Source of the DNA: Lama glama
Taxonomy: Eukaryota
Assembly: GCA_028534125.1 (NCBI GenBank)
Contig: CM052817.1
Coordinates: 19,842,001-19,906,000 of the forward strand
Direction of reading: 5' to 3'
Length of the DNA stretch: 64,000 nucleotides
This document shows positions 24,566 through 37,699 of this stretch, in pieces. Made by a program: the position numbers and the translations under genes. Below the pieces are notes generated by a model. That model had not been told where the DNA came from and did not search any database. It saw nothing but the letters and a program-made list of their open reading frames with translations. Numbering within the stretch: position 1 is the stretch's first letter; each line of letters begins with the position of its first letter.

Positions 24566-27419
24566 TTGAGCTGGGCCTCTACTACTTCTGGGATGGCTGA
24601 TGATCATAGAGCTAATTAAATAAGATACCATCTTTTCAGGGTTCAGATAACTTTTATCTGACAGAAAATATCTTTCTACTAGCATATCTTTATTCATTTA
24701 CCAAAATTACGTTAGGCCTATTCTTCTTGCCTGATAGGGGAAACCCAAAGAATCTTCTAAAGCTTGTGGAATAGGAGATAACAGTATTATTTTGCTTCCT
24801 GTTCACAGCATGCAGTCAGATTTTAAAAGATATTTTTGGCCTATGTATTTACCATGAAGATGTTTTACATTAGGCCCCAGACTTTCATCCCAGGCTGGTT
24901 TCCAATTATTCTGCCAAATACTCCTTATGTAATAGGTGAATATGACTAGTCTACTGTAAAGCAGCCCTTCGGCCTTACCCGATCCATCACCTCCTCTTCC
25001 TTTATTTTTTTCTCCTCCTTCTCCTCTTTTTTCTTTTTTTAATTCGTTTATCCTGAAGTTTTCCTATCTATTCATGAATGAGTTTTTCTACATTGTGAGA
25101 TCCTTGAGTCCTACCTTAATGTCTTATTCTAATCAGTTTTTTCTGAAAAAGAAGAAAGAAGATGGAATAAATATGTATTGGGTAGGTACTTAAAAACAGT
25201 TGCTTTATGTAGCTATTTATTTTAATTCTTTAAAAAATTTTATAAGAAAAATGTATTTTTTCTATTCTCTGGGTAAGAGAATTGAGTCTTAGAGAAATTT
25301 AGTAAATTGACTAAGGACACATAGCTATCAAGTATTTAAATTTCCATTCAAAAACATTTTTCTGATAACATCTTTATTTCACTGCCTTACTAGCAATGCT
25401 AGCACTTGATCTTACAACCATTCCCCTTTGGGACCTTGTGGTACAGTGGAGAAGAACGTTCTGCCTAAGAAAAATCTTAGCATACTTTAATTGACCTCAT
25501 AAGTCTGCCAGCCTACTCATAGGTGAGGTTTTGCTCTGTCTCAAACCTGACTCAGAGTCGGAAATATAATTTATGGAGATTTTATAAAAGATCCTTTGCC
25601 TGTACTAAAATATTTTCTCAACCAGGTCTCAGTTCCAAAGGTCCCATCTTGCCACTATGTTTTTGTACAATCTATAATGAGCAGCTGGAGTCCCACACAA
25701 AAAATCTTTGCCTTCTCTGGGGTCCCTAGAGTCACATTGCCATTCTATTACTTACCAAGTAACAGATACTTGCTACAAAATTCAGAAGACCTATGAGACT
25801 TGTGCCTTCCAGAGCCAATAAAAAATGTGATTTATCTTAAATCTTCCTTTCTGGCATCTGTACATTAGAAACTGTAAATTATCAAAATCTTCTAGGGCAG
25901 CAAGGGAAAACATGAATCTTTTCACCTTTTTGTTGCCTATAATCTAATTCCAGGAGCCTAAATCGAGCCCAAGCAAAAATCTAAAATGCCTTCATATCCC
26001 CACTCTCTAATGTCAGATAGCTCCACTATGAAACAAAGGAATATTTAAACTCAACTCTCTTGGCATTAAGTGTGACGTTTGGACAAAGAGGAAAAGAAAG
26101 AATATCCAAGTCATTTTTTCCTGCTTTCAGTTCAGATCTCTTCAAATATGTGTGACTGTAAGACCTCTGTAACTCTTGCTTCTTCCTAAGGACTTAACAC
26201 AATGTCTGAGTCCATGTGATGGTGGGGATTCACAAAGTTTTCACCCTTCTTTAAGTCTTCTCTGATCAGTGAGAATAACAAGTACTGCCCTGTAAGTTTT
26301 TGTTAAGCTCCTGAAATCTGAGGACAACTCACTAATTCATCAGTTTGGTTTTTTTGCACAGATTTTATAATGTCAAGGAGTTTTAAGTCAGGAGGTATCA
26401 CTAAGTCCTGTTTATTTCAATTATATTAAGTTCTTGCCATGTAGTTCAGACAGTCAGTTCTGGGACAATAACTTTGCTGACATCTACTACTTCCTCAGTA
26501 TGTTGTTATTATCAACTGCAAGTTCCCTTAGATCCTTAGAGATATTAACACCAAGTGAAATATCTAAGTGATATTGGGCCAATAATGAGAATATAGCTAC
26601 CCATACTCATCATTCACTTGTATTCAGTGGATGGTATTTTTTACCTTATGGTCATTGTCTAAATAATTGAATTGTTCTGCAGAAAGACAGGGTTTTCTCT
26701 ATGTATCGTCTTCCCAGTTAGATAATTCTTAACTGCAAACAAAAAATGATGCATTAGTTAGTAAATCTGGTAGAGAATGGTATTGAGTTAAGATGGGTGG
26801 TTTTAAAATGTTTCTCAATCACTTCTTAAGTCCACAGGTCCCATTTAGTCATTATGTCTTTCTACCACCCATAATGAACAACTGGAGTCACACCCAAGAA
26901 CATTTGTGTTTCCTGAACTCATACTTATATTCTATTATCTACCAAATCGCTGGTTTTGCTAATCAACATTTTCTATATACAGCCCTATGTTGAGTATCAG
27001 CTAACTTCACACCTGAATTGCCCTTTTTTTTTTTTTAACATTTCTCCTTTTATCTATTATAAGTCCAGACTTACATGGAAGATTCAGTAGGAAAGATTTC
27101 AACTTGTGGTAATAATTTTTGAGGAACTAACATCAATTGGCCTGCTCATGAACCAATTAGACAGTAGAATGAGTTATATGAAATGGTTTTAACTTAATTT
27201 TTCTCTATTCTATAGCAGAGATAAAAACATAATGCCTTTTGTAACACAGAGGACAATATGAAGAGCTCTGCTTGGGGATTATCTTTGTGTTTATGTTGCT
27301 TCTGAATGCTTGCTACCTATGCGTATCTTTCTTAGAGATGTCATCAGAAACATTATTTATGTGTTTTTTCTCCTTATTTATAAACTTAATATTCCCGGAG
27401 GATGCATTTAACTATGTGA

Positions 27420-27660
27420 AATTTGGAAGAATGGTACAAAATTAAGAACAGATATTTTGGATTCAGACACCTGTAATAAAATTTCCTATATGGTTTTTGA
27501 ATTAATTGTGTGATTATGTGAAAGTACACTCCTTCAAATTTGTCTTCAATTCATTATTGTATAAATGAGGATAACAAAACATATTCCATTTTTATTATAG
27601 AAATTAAATGAGATAATATATATAAAGGACCTGTAATACATGTATTTACTCAGCACATGC
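27420..27660 (+). mobile_element. MIR
   Basis: 'ttttggattcagacacctg...tgtataaatgaggataaca...attaaatgagataatatatataaaggac'. Confidence 0.65.
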
Positions 27661-27854
27661 TCCCTCTTATTCTCTCACATGAAGGCACAAGGAATCTGTG
27701 TCATATTAATCCTAAAATCTTTTATTGTATTTTTTTCCATGAAAGAAAAGATTCAGTTTTTAGTTAATTACCTAAACTACAAAAAATTTAGAGGTTGTTG
27801 TCAAGAACCAACTTTAAAGAAGAATATTCTGCTTAAATGTCTTGATCCTCAAAG

Positions 27855-27903
27855 CTGACTTACAATGTGTTAATTTCTGGTGTACAGCATAGTGGTTCAG
27901 TTT

Positions 27904-27943
<40 letters not shown>

Positions 27944-28030
27944 AACATTTCACATTCTTTTTACTATAAGCTATTACAGGGTATTGGATATAGTCCCATG
28001 TGTTATACAGTAGGACCCTGTTGTTTATTA
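27855..28030 (-). mobile_element. Short L1 3'-end fragment containing a (CA)~17 microsatellite (27907-27940)
   Basis: 'gacttacaatgtgttaatttctggtgtacagcatagtggttcagtt...ttggatatagtcccatgtgttatacagtaggaccctgttgttt'. Confidence 0.85.
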
Positions 28031-28536
28031 TTTTTAAGGTAAAGTGAGTACACTGTGTGATATAGACTCAGAAAGTGAGGCAGTTTTTTAATTTAGCTTA
28101 ATATGGATATCTTTTTTCTCTAAATTAGTTTTGGCTTAGTTACTCCATTATTTCTCTTTCAAAAACCAAAATTCTGAAATTCTCTGATTGTGTACAGTTA
28201 ATATAATATCCATGTATACTTTTAATACATAGTTGATGGTTTATAATTGTGAAAAAAACTATACATGTTTCCCAGATACAGAGTGGTTTCTAATACGATA
28301 AATTGATGGGACTTTTAGAGAAATGTTAAGATAACCTAACAGAAGAAATAGACTTTGAGTGATTTTTATCCCCTTTCACTTGATTTTATGAAAATTATAA
28401 AGTAAAATAGATGTAGTTAACATTGAATATTAGGTTTCAACCATATACAAATAGGGTGAGCTGAAAGAAACTCAAAGATATAATTTAATGTCATTATTAT
28501 GTTGTGGCTATAATTTTATTACTGTTCGGGATCTGT

Positions 28537-28636
28537 NNNNNNNNNNNNNNNNNNNNNNNNNNNNNNNNNNNNNNNNNNNNNNNNNNNNNNNNNNNNNNNN
28601 NNNNNNNNNNNNNNNNNNNNNNNNNNNNNNNNNNNN
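28537..28636. other. Assembly gap (100 N)
   Basis: Run of N. Confidence 0.99.
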
Positions 28637-28970
28637 GATCGCCAGAGTCCATAAATGTAAAAGAAGAAAGCAGAAGAGTCAGTGTAAGAATGATGTGATG
28701 AGAGAACTACTCAGTCATTGCTGACGTTGAAGGTGGAAGGGGTCCATAAGCCAAGAAATGCATAGAACTTCTAGAAGCTAGAAAAGGCAATAAAAGGATT
28801 TCCTCTTAAAGCCTCCAAGAAGAAATATAGCTCATTCAACACTTGAGTTTAGGCTAGTAAAACCCCTTTGGACTGTTGACCTCCAGAGCTATAATATATT
28901 TGTATTGTTTTAAACCAGTTTGCAGTAAGTTTGCAGTAATTTGTTATAGCAGCAAAAGGAAATATATACA
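28637..28970 (+). mobile_element. MaLR LTR (MLT1C/D-like), 3' part
   Basis: 'gccaagaaatgcatagaacttctagaagctagaaaaggcaa...gacctccagagctata...gtaatttgttatagcagcaaaaggaaatatataca'. Confidence 0.88.
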
Positions 28971-29479
28971 TCACACGGGTCTTATCAGTAGCCTTGATGT
29001 TTTGCCCCTTGTCATTCTCCTATAACTACGTTATCAATCTTGAATGATTCATTTTTTGGATTCTACTCTGGAGTTTATATGATCTATTTGCGATAATCAA
29101 GTAATTGTGCCAAATAGAAGAGTAAGCACAGGATTATGGTGGTGGAGCGGGGACCTGCTATTTTCTTCACTGTTGATTTCTAATACCACTGAATAATAAT
29201 CAGATTTCCTCTTCTATGAATTATGAATGTGAATTTTAAAGATTTGAAAATATTCATCTATCATTTTTTTGTGGTTGGGAAGAGTGAGACAGTTTCTGTA
29301 TATACACGCTTTTGAATCTAGATCCGAAATTTTATCATTACAAATTAATTGTTAAATTTCCACTCTTAAGGAACATTACAATGTTGTTTAAAATCTATTT
29401 TGCTTGTGCCTGCATTGGCTTCATCTTCTATGTCATGAAGCATTTGGACCAACCTGTTCTATTCAATTGACGTAACTTA

Positions 29480-29685
29480 GTACCATGCAGTTAAAAGTAT
29501 GGACTCTGAAATAAAACTATTGTTTTTGTCCTTACAAATTGAGTGATCTTGGCCAGCTTACTTAAGATGTCTGTGATTTAGCTTTCTCATGTGTGAAATG
29601 AGTATTCCTAACGTTAACTACCTTGTAGTTACTGAAAATTAAGTGCAATCATTACTAAGAAAATGTCATATAGTAAGAACTGAGG
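29480..29685 (+). mobile_element. MIR
   Basis: 'gttaaaagtatggactctgaa...gtgatcttggccagcttacttaagatgtctgtgatttagctttctcatgtgtgaaatgag'. Confidence 0.75.
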
Positions 29686-32600
29686 AAAAAAGATGAACTC
29701 TTTAATATATAATATTATATATATTATAATATATAATTATATATATAATGCATAATATGATCTCTTAATTTACCAAGTATATGCTATTAGGCACAAATAT
29801 CTCCAACTGTTTTCCCCTCTCTGTCTAAATTTACCTACCCTTCCCTCCTATATCAAGGGGAAAGTTGTCACTATGACTATCTAGAGTTGGTTTAGGAAGC
29901 AAAATGCAAACACACTGCCTGCCTATTCCTTAAGGAAATGGCCTGTTTCTCCTCCTCCAGTGTATCTTGATTAACAGGATAGCAGCTCAGCCTCCCTACC
30001 TAGCAGCTTCAAACACACTACTTACTTCATCTTTCAAACATCACATTTCCCCCTATTACTTAATTATTAATTCAGGATCAACTGAATAAACTCTATGCCG
30101 TGAACTAAAACTCAGAATGTCTAAATGAATGAATGAGACAAAAATCTAGCATATGGACATAAAATATAGTTAAATAAAGGAAGACCAGAAGTTGCACTTT
30201 TGTTGTGTGTGTGTATGTTTTTAAATGTGCACTGTAGTAGGTATTACGTTTTACTTCCTGAGAGCCTTTCTATCTAAAATGATCCATCTAAACCGTACTG
30301 TTAATGACAGCCCACTGATGTTGAATGATTCATGAATGACCATTGAATCCAGCTCTCACAAATGAGATAGGAGGATTCAGCTACTGCGTTGCTCTGGCAA
30401 AGTCTCAGTCCTAAGTGAGAGCCACAGAAGGGGATGGTTTTTCTTGTTTCTTTGGTTATAATCGCAACTCTCTCAGAATCTCTTATTACCCAACTATAGA
30501 ATTCTGTTTTTCAAGTATATATATAGCCATGATTGTTTACTTTAGGACACTTTGATACATCATTTGCTTATATTTATATTATACAATTGATCAAATATGA
30601 TTATTTTCTTTAATATTTCTCTAATATCTTCATTATGCATCAATATGTAATAACATATATTTCCAAAGATAGATGTTAATATTCCATTGAGAGAGAGATC
30701 AGAATTAACTTTACCTTTCTTAATCCTTGTTGATCTTTATTACTATGTAAAATATCAAACATAAAAGCAATAAAATACCCTTTTTATCATTAATTTATAA
30801 ATATCCAAGAGAAAGCTTTTTTAAACAAATTAGGAAGAAGTATAAATAGAAAACTACAAGTTTTAAGATAGATTTTTAAATGTTTAATATTTGAAAAAAA
30901 TATAATTACAAAAATGTTCCCAAATCATAAGAACTCAATTGCTTACATAAACTTTGATTTTTCAGATAAACTGTTTAAAGACAAAACATTATATCCTTGA
31001 TCCTAGTTGCCAACATAATAAAATAAATTTACAATGAAAAATACTTTTTGATTTAAGCACTATGTTATATTAAAAGTGATAAACAGAAATTTTACACCAT
31101 GACAGTTTAGCTGTTCATTTCAAATGACAGTTTCATATCCAGTATCTTATCACAAAAATTAAGAACAAGCGAAATAGTGATATGGTCAAAAGTCACAATA
31201 TTTCACATGTAGCTAATTAAAACTTTTAATAAACTGAACATCAAATTTAAAAATAAAATTATCTGCTATGGCAGAGTAAGACAGCTTTTAACTCCAACGT
31301 CTAAATAGAATAAGGTTAATAAAATTTATAATGCACTTAGGTATCTCATTTATGTAAATTATTGATAATTTGCAAATTCACATATTAAAAGGTATGTATT
31401 TATCTTATTTTTATTTTCTGAACATGGCAAAAGACCAAATTTAGCAATTCACATTTCTAAAATTCTGGACATTATAAAGAACATACATATACATACATTT
31501 TTCTGTAAACTTGTCTAAATTCAAGCACAGCTGTGATTTCTCAAATCTACAAAGTGGATAATAGATTTCCATTAGTTGCTTGGCAACATGCTTTATGTTC
31601 TGCAACTGAATTTCATATTGATGTTTTATTTTTAAAGTTACCTGCATGAAATTGTTGAAAACCTGAGCAAGTATAGCTAAGGTCTCTGAAGGTTCTATGC
31701 TCCTGAAGTTTATTGTTTTGAAGAAAATTATTTATTAGTGTTAAAAAACTGCTAATTTGCTAAATTGTTGCTGATTTCTTTTTCCCAGTTATAACCTACA
31801 TACTCAAAAATTTAAATTTAATTAACTTATTACTTCAAATTATAGTAGTGAAATTTATATTCTAGTACTGAAACTTAATTCTATATTTAAAATATGGTTT
31901 TCTCACACACATATGTACACATACAATATAATGTTAACACACATATATATGTGTAATTTTAATATGTGTATATCTACATATACACATGTATATATATACA
32001 TGTTTGTAGATAGACATACAAAAATATGTATATATGTAATGAGTAGTAGTATCTCTTAATAGCATAATTTCAGGGATTCTAAAAATTATCTCTTTCCCTA
32101 TAAAATCTCTTGATAAAATGCCTGGATCTCTACTTTCAAAGCCGTAGTTCTTTCTGTTACAAATTTGTGTTTTAAAGACAAAAGCTCTAAAGTAATAATA
32201 CCAGCCTAAAAAGATGTCACTAATAGTTGGAATGGAACTCACCAGGCTACTTTTGTTTACAAATAGACAAGAATCAAGAAGAGAATGTGAGATAGGGTGG
32301 GTGCATATTACGTTTCAAGTGTGAAGATATAGGTCTGCATAAAGCACAAGAATCAAGGGATTTAACATTTCGGCTATAATTTGATATCAGCTGGACCTCT
32401 TGGTAGGTAAATCTAAAAACTGGAAAAAAAGGAACAATAAGAGAAGTGAAAAAGCACTAAGGTTCCTGAGTTGTAACTTTCCTTTTCCATGTATTGGCAT
32501 TAATACTTCACTACCTCCTGCTTTAGGGCTATTATGAGATTCTGTGTTTTACTGTTGAGAATAATTTGGGTAAAACATTTTTTGTAACAGTGGTCTATAA

Positions 32601-33144
32601 AGCCCCATCTCTTTTCGTGCATTCAGTCCTATCCTTCATCTGGTCCTTAATTAGCATTCCAACTTTGTTTCTACTGATGAGTGCCCAGCGACATACGTGC
32701 CCCAGGTATTTTCACGATTATATTTGTCGTTGATATTGCCTGGCACTGGCACCCTTTCGATTTTCATTTTTTGAAAAGGGGAAAGACTTCCTGCCATTTC
32801 CTGAGTCTGAAACTCCCCTGACTTTATTTTTTCCCCTCCCTAGCAGAACATTTAGAATATTTTCAGTCCTAGATCACATTTCTTACCTTTCAAAGCCTTT
32901 GTGTTTCCTTTTCCTTACTATGCAATTTTCTATTATCATGCCATCCTTGACCATATGGCAGTAAGACGTTTATATATTTACACCTGCCACTCATTGTATG
33001 TGCCACTGTGGCAGGAATTTTGTCTTAGTTTTAGCACCTTTAATACAAAAAGTAGAATAAACACATACTACTTTTAAATTTAAGAATCATACTTAGGCCA
33101 CCATAGTTTCTTTTTTTTTTTTTTGCCCACCTGTTTGATCCTTT

Positions 33145-33656
33145 ATTTTTTTTAACATTTTTTATTGATTTATAATCATTTTACAATGTTGTGTCAAATT
33201 CCAGTGTTCAGCACAATTTTCAGTCATACATGGACATATACACACTCATTGTCACATTTTTTTCTCTGTGAGTTATCATAACATTTTGTGTATATTTCCC
33301 TGTGCTATACAGTGTAATCTTGTTTATCTGTTCTACAATTTTGAAATTCCAGTCTATCCCTTCCCACCCTCCACCCCCCTGGCAACCACAAGTCTGTATT
33401 CTCTGTCCATGAGTCTATTTCTGTCCTATATTTATGCTTTGTTTTTGTTTGTTTGTTTGTTTGTGTTTGTGTTCATTTTTGTTTTTTAGATTCCACATAT
33501 GAGCGATCTCATATGGTATTTTTCTTTCTCTTTCTGGCTTACTTCACTTAGAATGACATTCTCTAGGAGCATCCATGTTGCTGCAAATGGCATTATGTTG
33601 TCGGTTTTTATGGCTGAGCAGTATTCCATTGTATAAATATACCACATCTTCTTTAT
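33145..33656 (-). mobile_element. Young lineage-specific L1 3' end (camelid-like), running into the gap
   Basis: PolyT, then 'tttttattgatttataatcattttacaatgttgtgtcaaattccagtg'; the minus strand encodes an intact ORF2 C-terminus IKKMWYIYTMEYCSAIKTDNIMPFAATWMLLENVILSEVSQKEKEKYHMRSLICGI*. Confidence 0.95.
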
Positions 33657-34156
33657 NNNNNNNNNNNNNNNNNNNNNNNNNNNNNNNNNNNNNNNNNNNN
33701 NNNNNNNNNNNNNNNNNNNNNNNNNNNNNNNNNNNNNNNNNNNNNNNNNNNNNNNNNNNNNNNNNNNNNNNNNNNNNNNNNNNNNNNNNNNNNNNNNNNN
33801 NNNNNNNNNNNNNNNNNNNNNNNNNNNNNNNNNNNNNNNNNNNNNNNNNNNNNNNNNNNNNNNNNNNNNNNNNNNNNNNNNNNNNNNNNNNNNNNNNNNN
33901 NNNNNNNNNNNNNNNNNNNNNNNNNNNNNNNNNNNNNNNNNNNNNNNNNNNNNNNNNNNNNNNNNNNNNNNNNNNNNNNNNNNNNNNNNNNNNNNNNNNN
34001 NNNNNNNNNNNNNNNNNNNNNNNNNNNNNNNNNNNNNNNNNNNNNNNNNNNNNNNNNNNNNNNNNNNNNNNNNNNNNNNNNNNNNNNNNNNNNNNNNNNN
34101 NNNNNNNNNNNNNNNNNNNNNNNNNNNNNNNNNNNNNNNNNNNNNNNNNNNNNNNN
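33657..34156. other. Assembly gap (500 N)
   Basis: Run of N. Confidence 0.99.
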
Positions 34157-36569
34157 CACAGTTTCTTAGCAAATTAAGTATCTCACTCAATTCTTCTCAA
34201 GCATAGTTGGGGAATTCTTCCATCTCATTCATCATATTATAATTAGTTTGAAACACTAGGCAATTTATAAAGGACTGTCCAGATTTTTATCAACACTCAT
34301 CATTTTTATGCTTATTTGTCAAGTCTGCATCCTCTCTTGAAAGCATGCTGTTCTGTGTTTTAATGTTTACTTATGGATCTTTGACAAAGCAGCCTTAAGT
34401 CATCCAAAGTTGATCATGCAGGTGCTCTTCTCAGATATCCTACTCCATTCTAGAAGTCCAATGAAGTCAAGGGTTAGGGTTCCCTTCCTGAGATCATCAG
34501 AACCCTAATTTCACCTTCAGTTATGAGGTTCTAATCCTTCTCTTGTTAGCATTTTCCCTCTTTTGTTTCCCTCCCTCAAATCCATTCACCACCTCTTTAT
34601 GTCAACTTGTGTCAGGTAGAACAATGCCAGAAAAATAATTGGGTCAGAGGTTGCAAACTCAAACTGTATGTTTTGAATTTCTTCTATAGATTTTATTTTA
34701 TATGTATTTAATTTTGACCAACACTGTATTTTATTAATTAAACCAAGGTTTAAAATGGTAGATTTTGAAATCCCTTGAGAAATTTGTAGATGTAGCAACA
34801 TAAACTAGTAATATATCTACTAGAGATAAGTAGTATTGCCAACTTTTATGTGAACTACAAGCATGTCCTTCATACAATAGTTGTGTATATACTTTCAGTT
34901 AGTCTGCTTTGATCACATATCTTTCTGTGTCATCTTTACACACCTCTGGGTTTACAAAATAAAATTTTTATCAAAAAATATTAATAGGTAGAAGGGCTAC
35001 CACAGAGTTGTACAGATTGAGCACCAAACAACCCTAGATCATGTAGCACACTGAGATTATTAAGTGGGTGACACTGCCTAGGTTAATGTATTGACAACTA
35101 GTACAATTATAAGTACTAATATTTAGACCTAGTTTTCCTCTGTCAAAATTTGTTTTTGCCCTTGAAACACAAATATCTTTAAGTCAAGGGGACACAAATT
35201 CCTCTTTACCTCTTTGGAAATGAAGAGGGGAAAAGTATAGGGCAGCAAAGAAAACTAAATTATTCTGTCACAGTCATATATAAGGCTGAATACAATATAT
35301 TATCCATGAGAGTGAAATATTTAAATATTGCAAAAATTAAAAATACCTGTAAAGGTACATGAGGCAGTTACAGAATTATCTAGACAGAGTAGTAGTCTAA
35401 ACAAAACATTGAAAAACTATGACAGCCAGTGTAGCGAAGAGAACAGGATTGAGAGCTGGGAGCTCATAGTTCTTGTTCTTAATCTTCCTAGAATGTGCCA
35501 CTCGTCTGCTAAACGAGAGTTTAAACTAAATGATTATTAACTCATTTTATGTTCAGATTATTTGATTATAATAAGTAGTACAAATCTTTCAATTCCTAAG
35601 TTTCAAAGAATGTAGCATTGATAGTGAATACTCTTTTATAATTGTTTTTAAAAGAAGCTTTCAGCGGAATGGTGTTTGTGCTCAGAGCAATCTTATACTG
35701 ACTTATTTCACTTGTATTCTCATTTGTGATAGAAAAGCCTTTGGTTTGTGGTTTTTTTTTTTTTTTCCTGGAAGCCATGGTAGATTTAATTTCCCTTTAA
35801 GCAGTAGAGTAATAACACACTCTCCTTCACCCCACAGCTTGAACAGATTGAGAGTTTTAATGGGGAAAACATCAGTGCAGGTAGGGAAAGCCCAGGAGGC
35901 TCCAGGAAAGGGGCCTTAAATTTAGTAAGTAAGAGAAATATAACAGTGGTATGAGTTCTACTGTTTTGTTTCCAGGGAAAATCCATTCTTTCTACATTCT
36001 CACTTCTTCCTCCTACCTTTTATTTTCAATCTTGTTTTTATTTCCCTGAGCCCTTATCCATTCAACACTCAGGGGACTAAGTACAGATAGCCACATGTTA
36101 TGTTCCTTCCATCTAAGCCTCTCTTTGCAGATTAATTCTTTATCTTTTTTTAAAAACAGTTTCTAAGTACATTCTTTGAGACATATTTCATTTCTAGGAG
36201 TTTTTACAGATAAGTTAAAATCATAATTGTCCAACATTTAAAGGAAAAATTAAGACACATTTTGATGCACTATATTTGACAATCTCCATTAAATTCTTCA
36301 ACACTTTATTAAGTACCCATTACACAATTGAGAGCAACAGGAGAAAAAGAAAAGAGCACTATAAAACCTAAGATCAACCAAGATAAAGTGTAAGCAGGAA
36401 AAGACATCATTTTGATGAGATGCTGATAGTATCTCTGTGTCTGGACTGTATGTTCCAAGGGAACTAGGAAGATAAATAAAAACAGATCTAGTGGAGATTC
36501 TGTTCAAGAACCATGAGTTCAGGGAAGCACTGATTTGAAGAAGAGCAGAATACACAAACCACTCCAAAT

Positions 36570-37620
36570 TATGACTCTTAGGCATAGGATTATTTTTGAG
36601 AAGCAGCAGACAGAGGAAAAAGCTCTGAAACTAAGTAGAAGTTACCCTTTTGTAATAGACATTTACATATATAAGAAAAATCTCCATTTGTAAGGCTGTA
36701 TCTAAGTACCAGGAATAGGAGGAAGTCTAAATCTCTAAAGCTTCTTACCAGTTGAGAAGGAAAAGTCTTCTTAAAAAACATATTTTTATTGACGTATAGT
36801 CAGTTTACAATGTTGTGTCAGTTTCTGGTGTGCAGCATACTTCAGTCATATAGGAACAAATGTATATTCATTTTCATATTCTTTTTCACCATAAGTTACT
36901 ACAACATATTGAATATAGTTCCCTGTGCTATACAGTATCAACATGTTGTTTCTTTATTTTATGTATATTAGTTAGTATCTTCAAATCTCGAACTCCCAAT
37001 TTATCTCTTCCTACCCTCTTCCTTCCTGGTAACCATAAGTTTGTTTTCTATGTCTGTAAGTCTGCTTCTGTTTTGTAAATAAGTTCATTTGTCTTTTTTA
37101 AATTCCACATATAAGTGATATCATATGGTATTTTTCTTTCTCTTTCTGGCTTACTTCACTTATAATGACATTCTCCAGGTCCATCCATGTAGCTGCAAAT
37201 GGCATTATTTTATTATTTTTATGGCTGAGTAGTATCCCATTGTATAAATATACCACAATTTCTTTATCCAGTTATCTATCGATGAAAATTTAGGTTGCTT
37301 CCATGTCTTGGCTATTGTAAATAATGCTGCTATGAACATTAGGGTGCAAAGTCTTAAATCTACATAACAATCATACCCTTGACTACCATGATTTGCCAAG
37401 TAACCTCCCATAAGCGGCCTTTTCCTTCCCCCAAGATCTTCTTTTGCTAGAGTTGATATTTAAGGTGATGGCTTGGACCAGTTTTTGGAGTTTCTCAGTT
37501 TTACTGAGTCTCTTCCATGGATACAGAAGATATTCATGTTATTAAATCTATTTTTTTCTCATTAATTTGTCTTTTATTACAGGGTAATTTCAGCCATCTG
37601 ATCTTAGAGAAAAAGCTTTC
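36570..37620 (+). mobile_element. ERV1-type solo LTR (MER34/MER41-like), split by an L1 insertion
   Basis: 'gaagttacccttttgtaatagacatttacat...aatctccatttgtaagg' before the L1; 'tatttaaggtgatggcttgg...gttattaaatctattttttt...cttttattacaggg' after it. Confidence 0.6.
36770..37347 (-). mobile_element. 5'-truncated L1 (~580 bp) with 8-bp target-site duplication aaagtctt
   Basis: Antisense L1 3'UTR and ORF2 end (MFIAALFTIAKTWKQPKFSSIDNWIKKLWYIYTMGYYSAIK); aaagtctt at 36762-36769 and 37348-37355. Confidence 0.93.
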
Positions 37621-37645
37621 AGTCTTTCATCACTTAAATGTTCAC

Positions 37646-37649
<4 letters not shown>

Positions 37650-37687
<38 letters not shown>
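37650..37687 (+). repeat. (TA)n microsatellite
   Basis: Direct reading. Confidence 0.95.
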
Positions 37688-37697
<10 letters not shown>

Positions 37698-37699
37698 TT

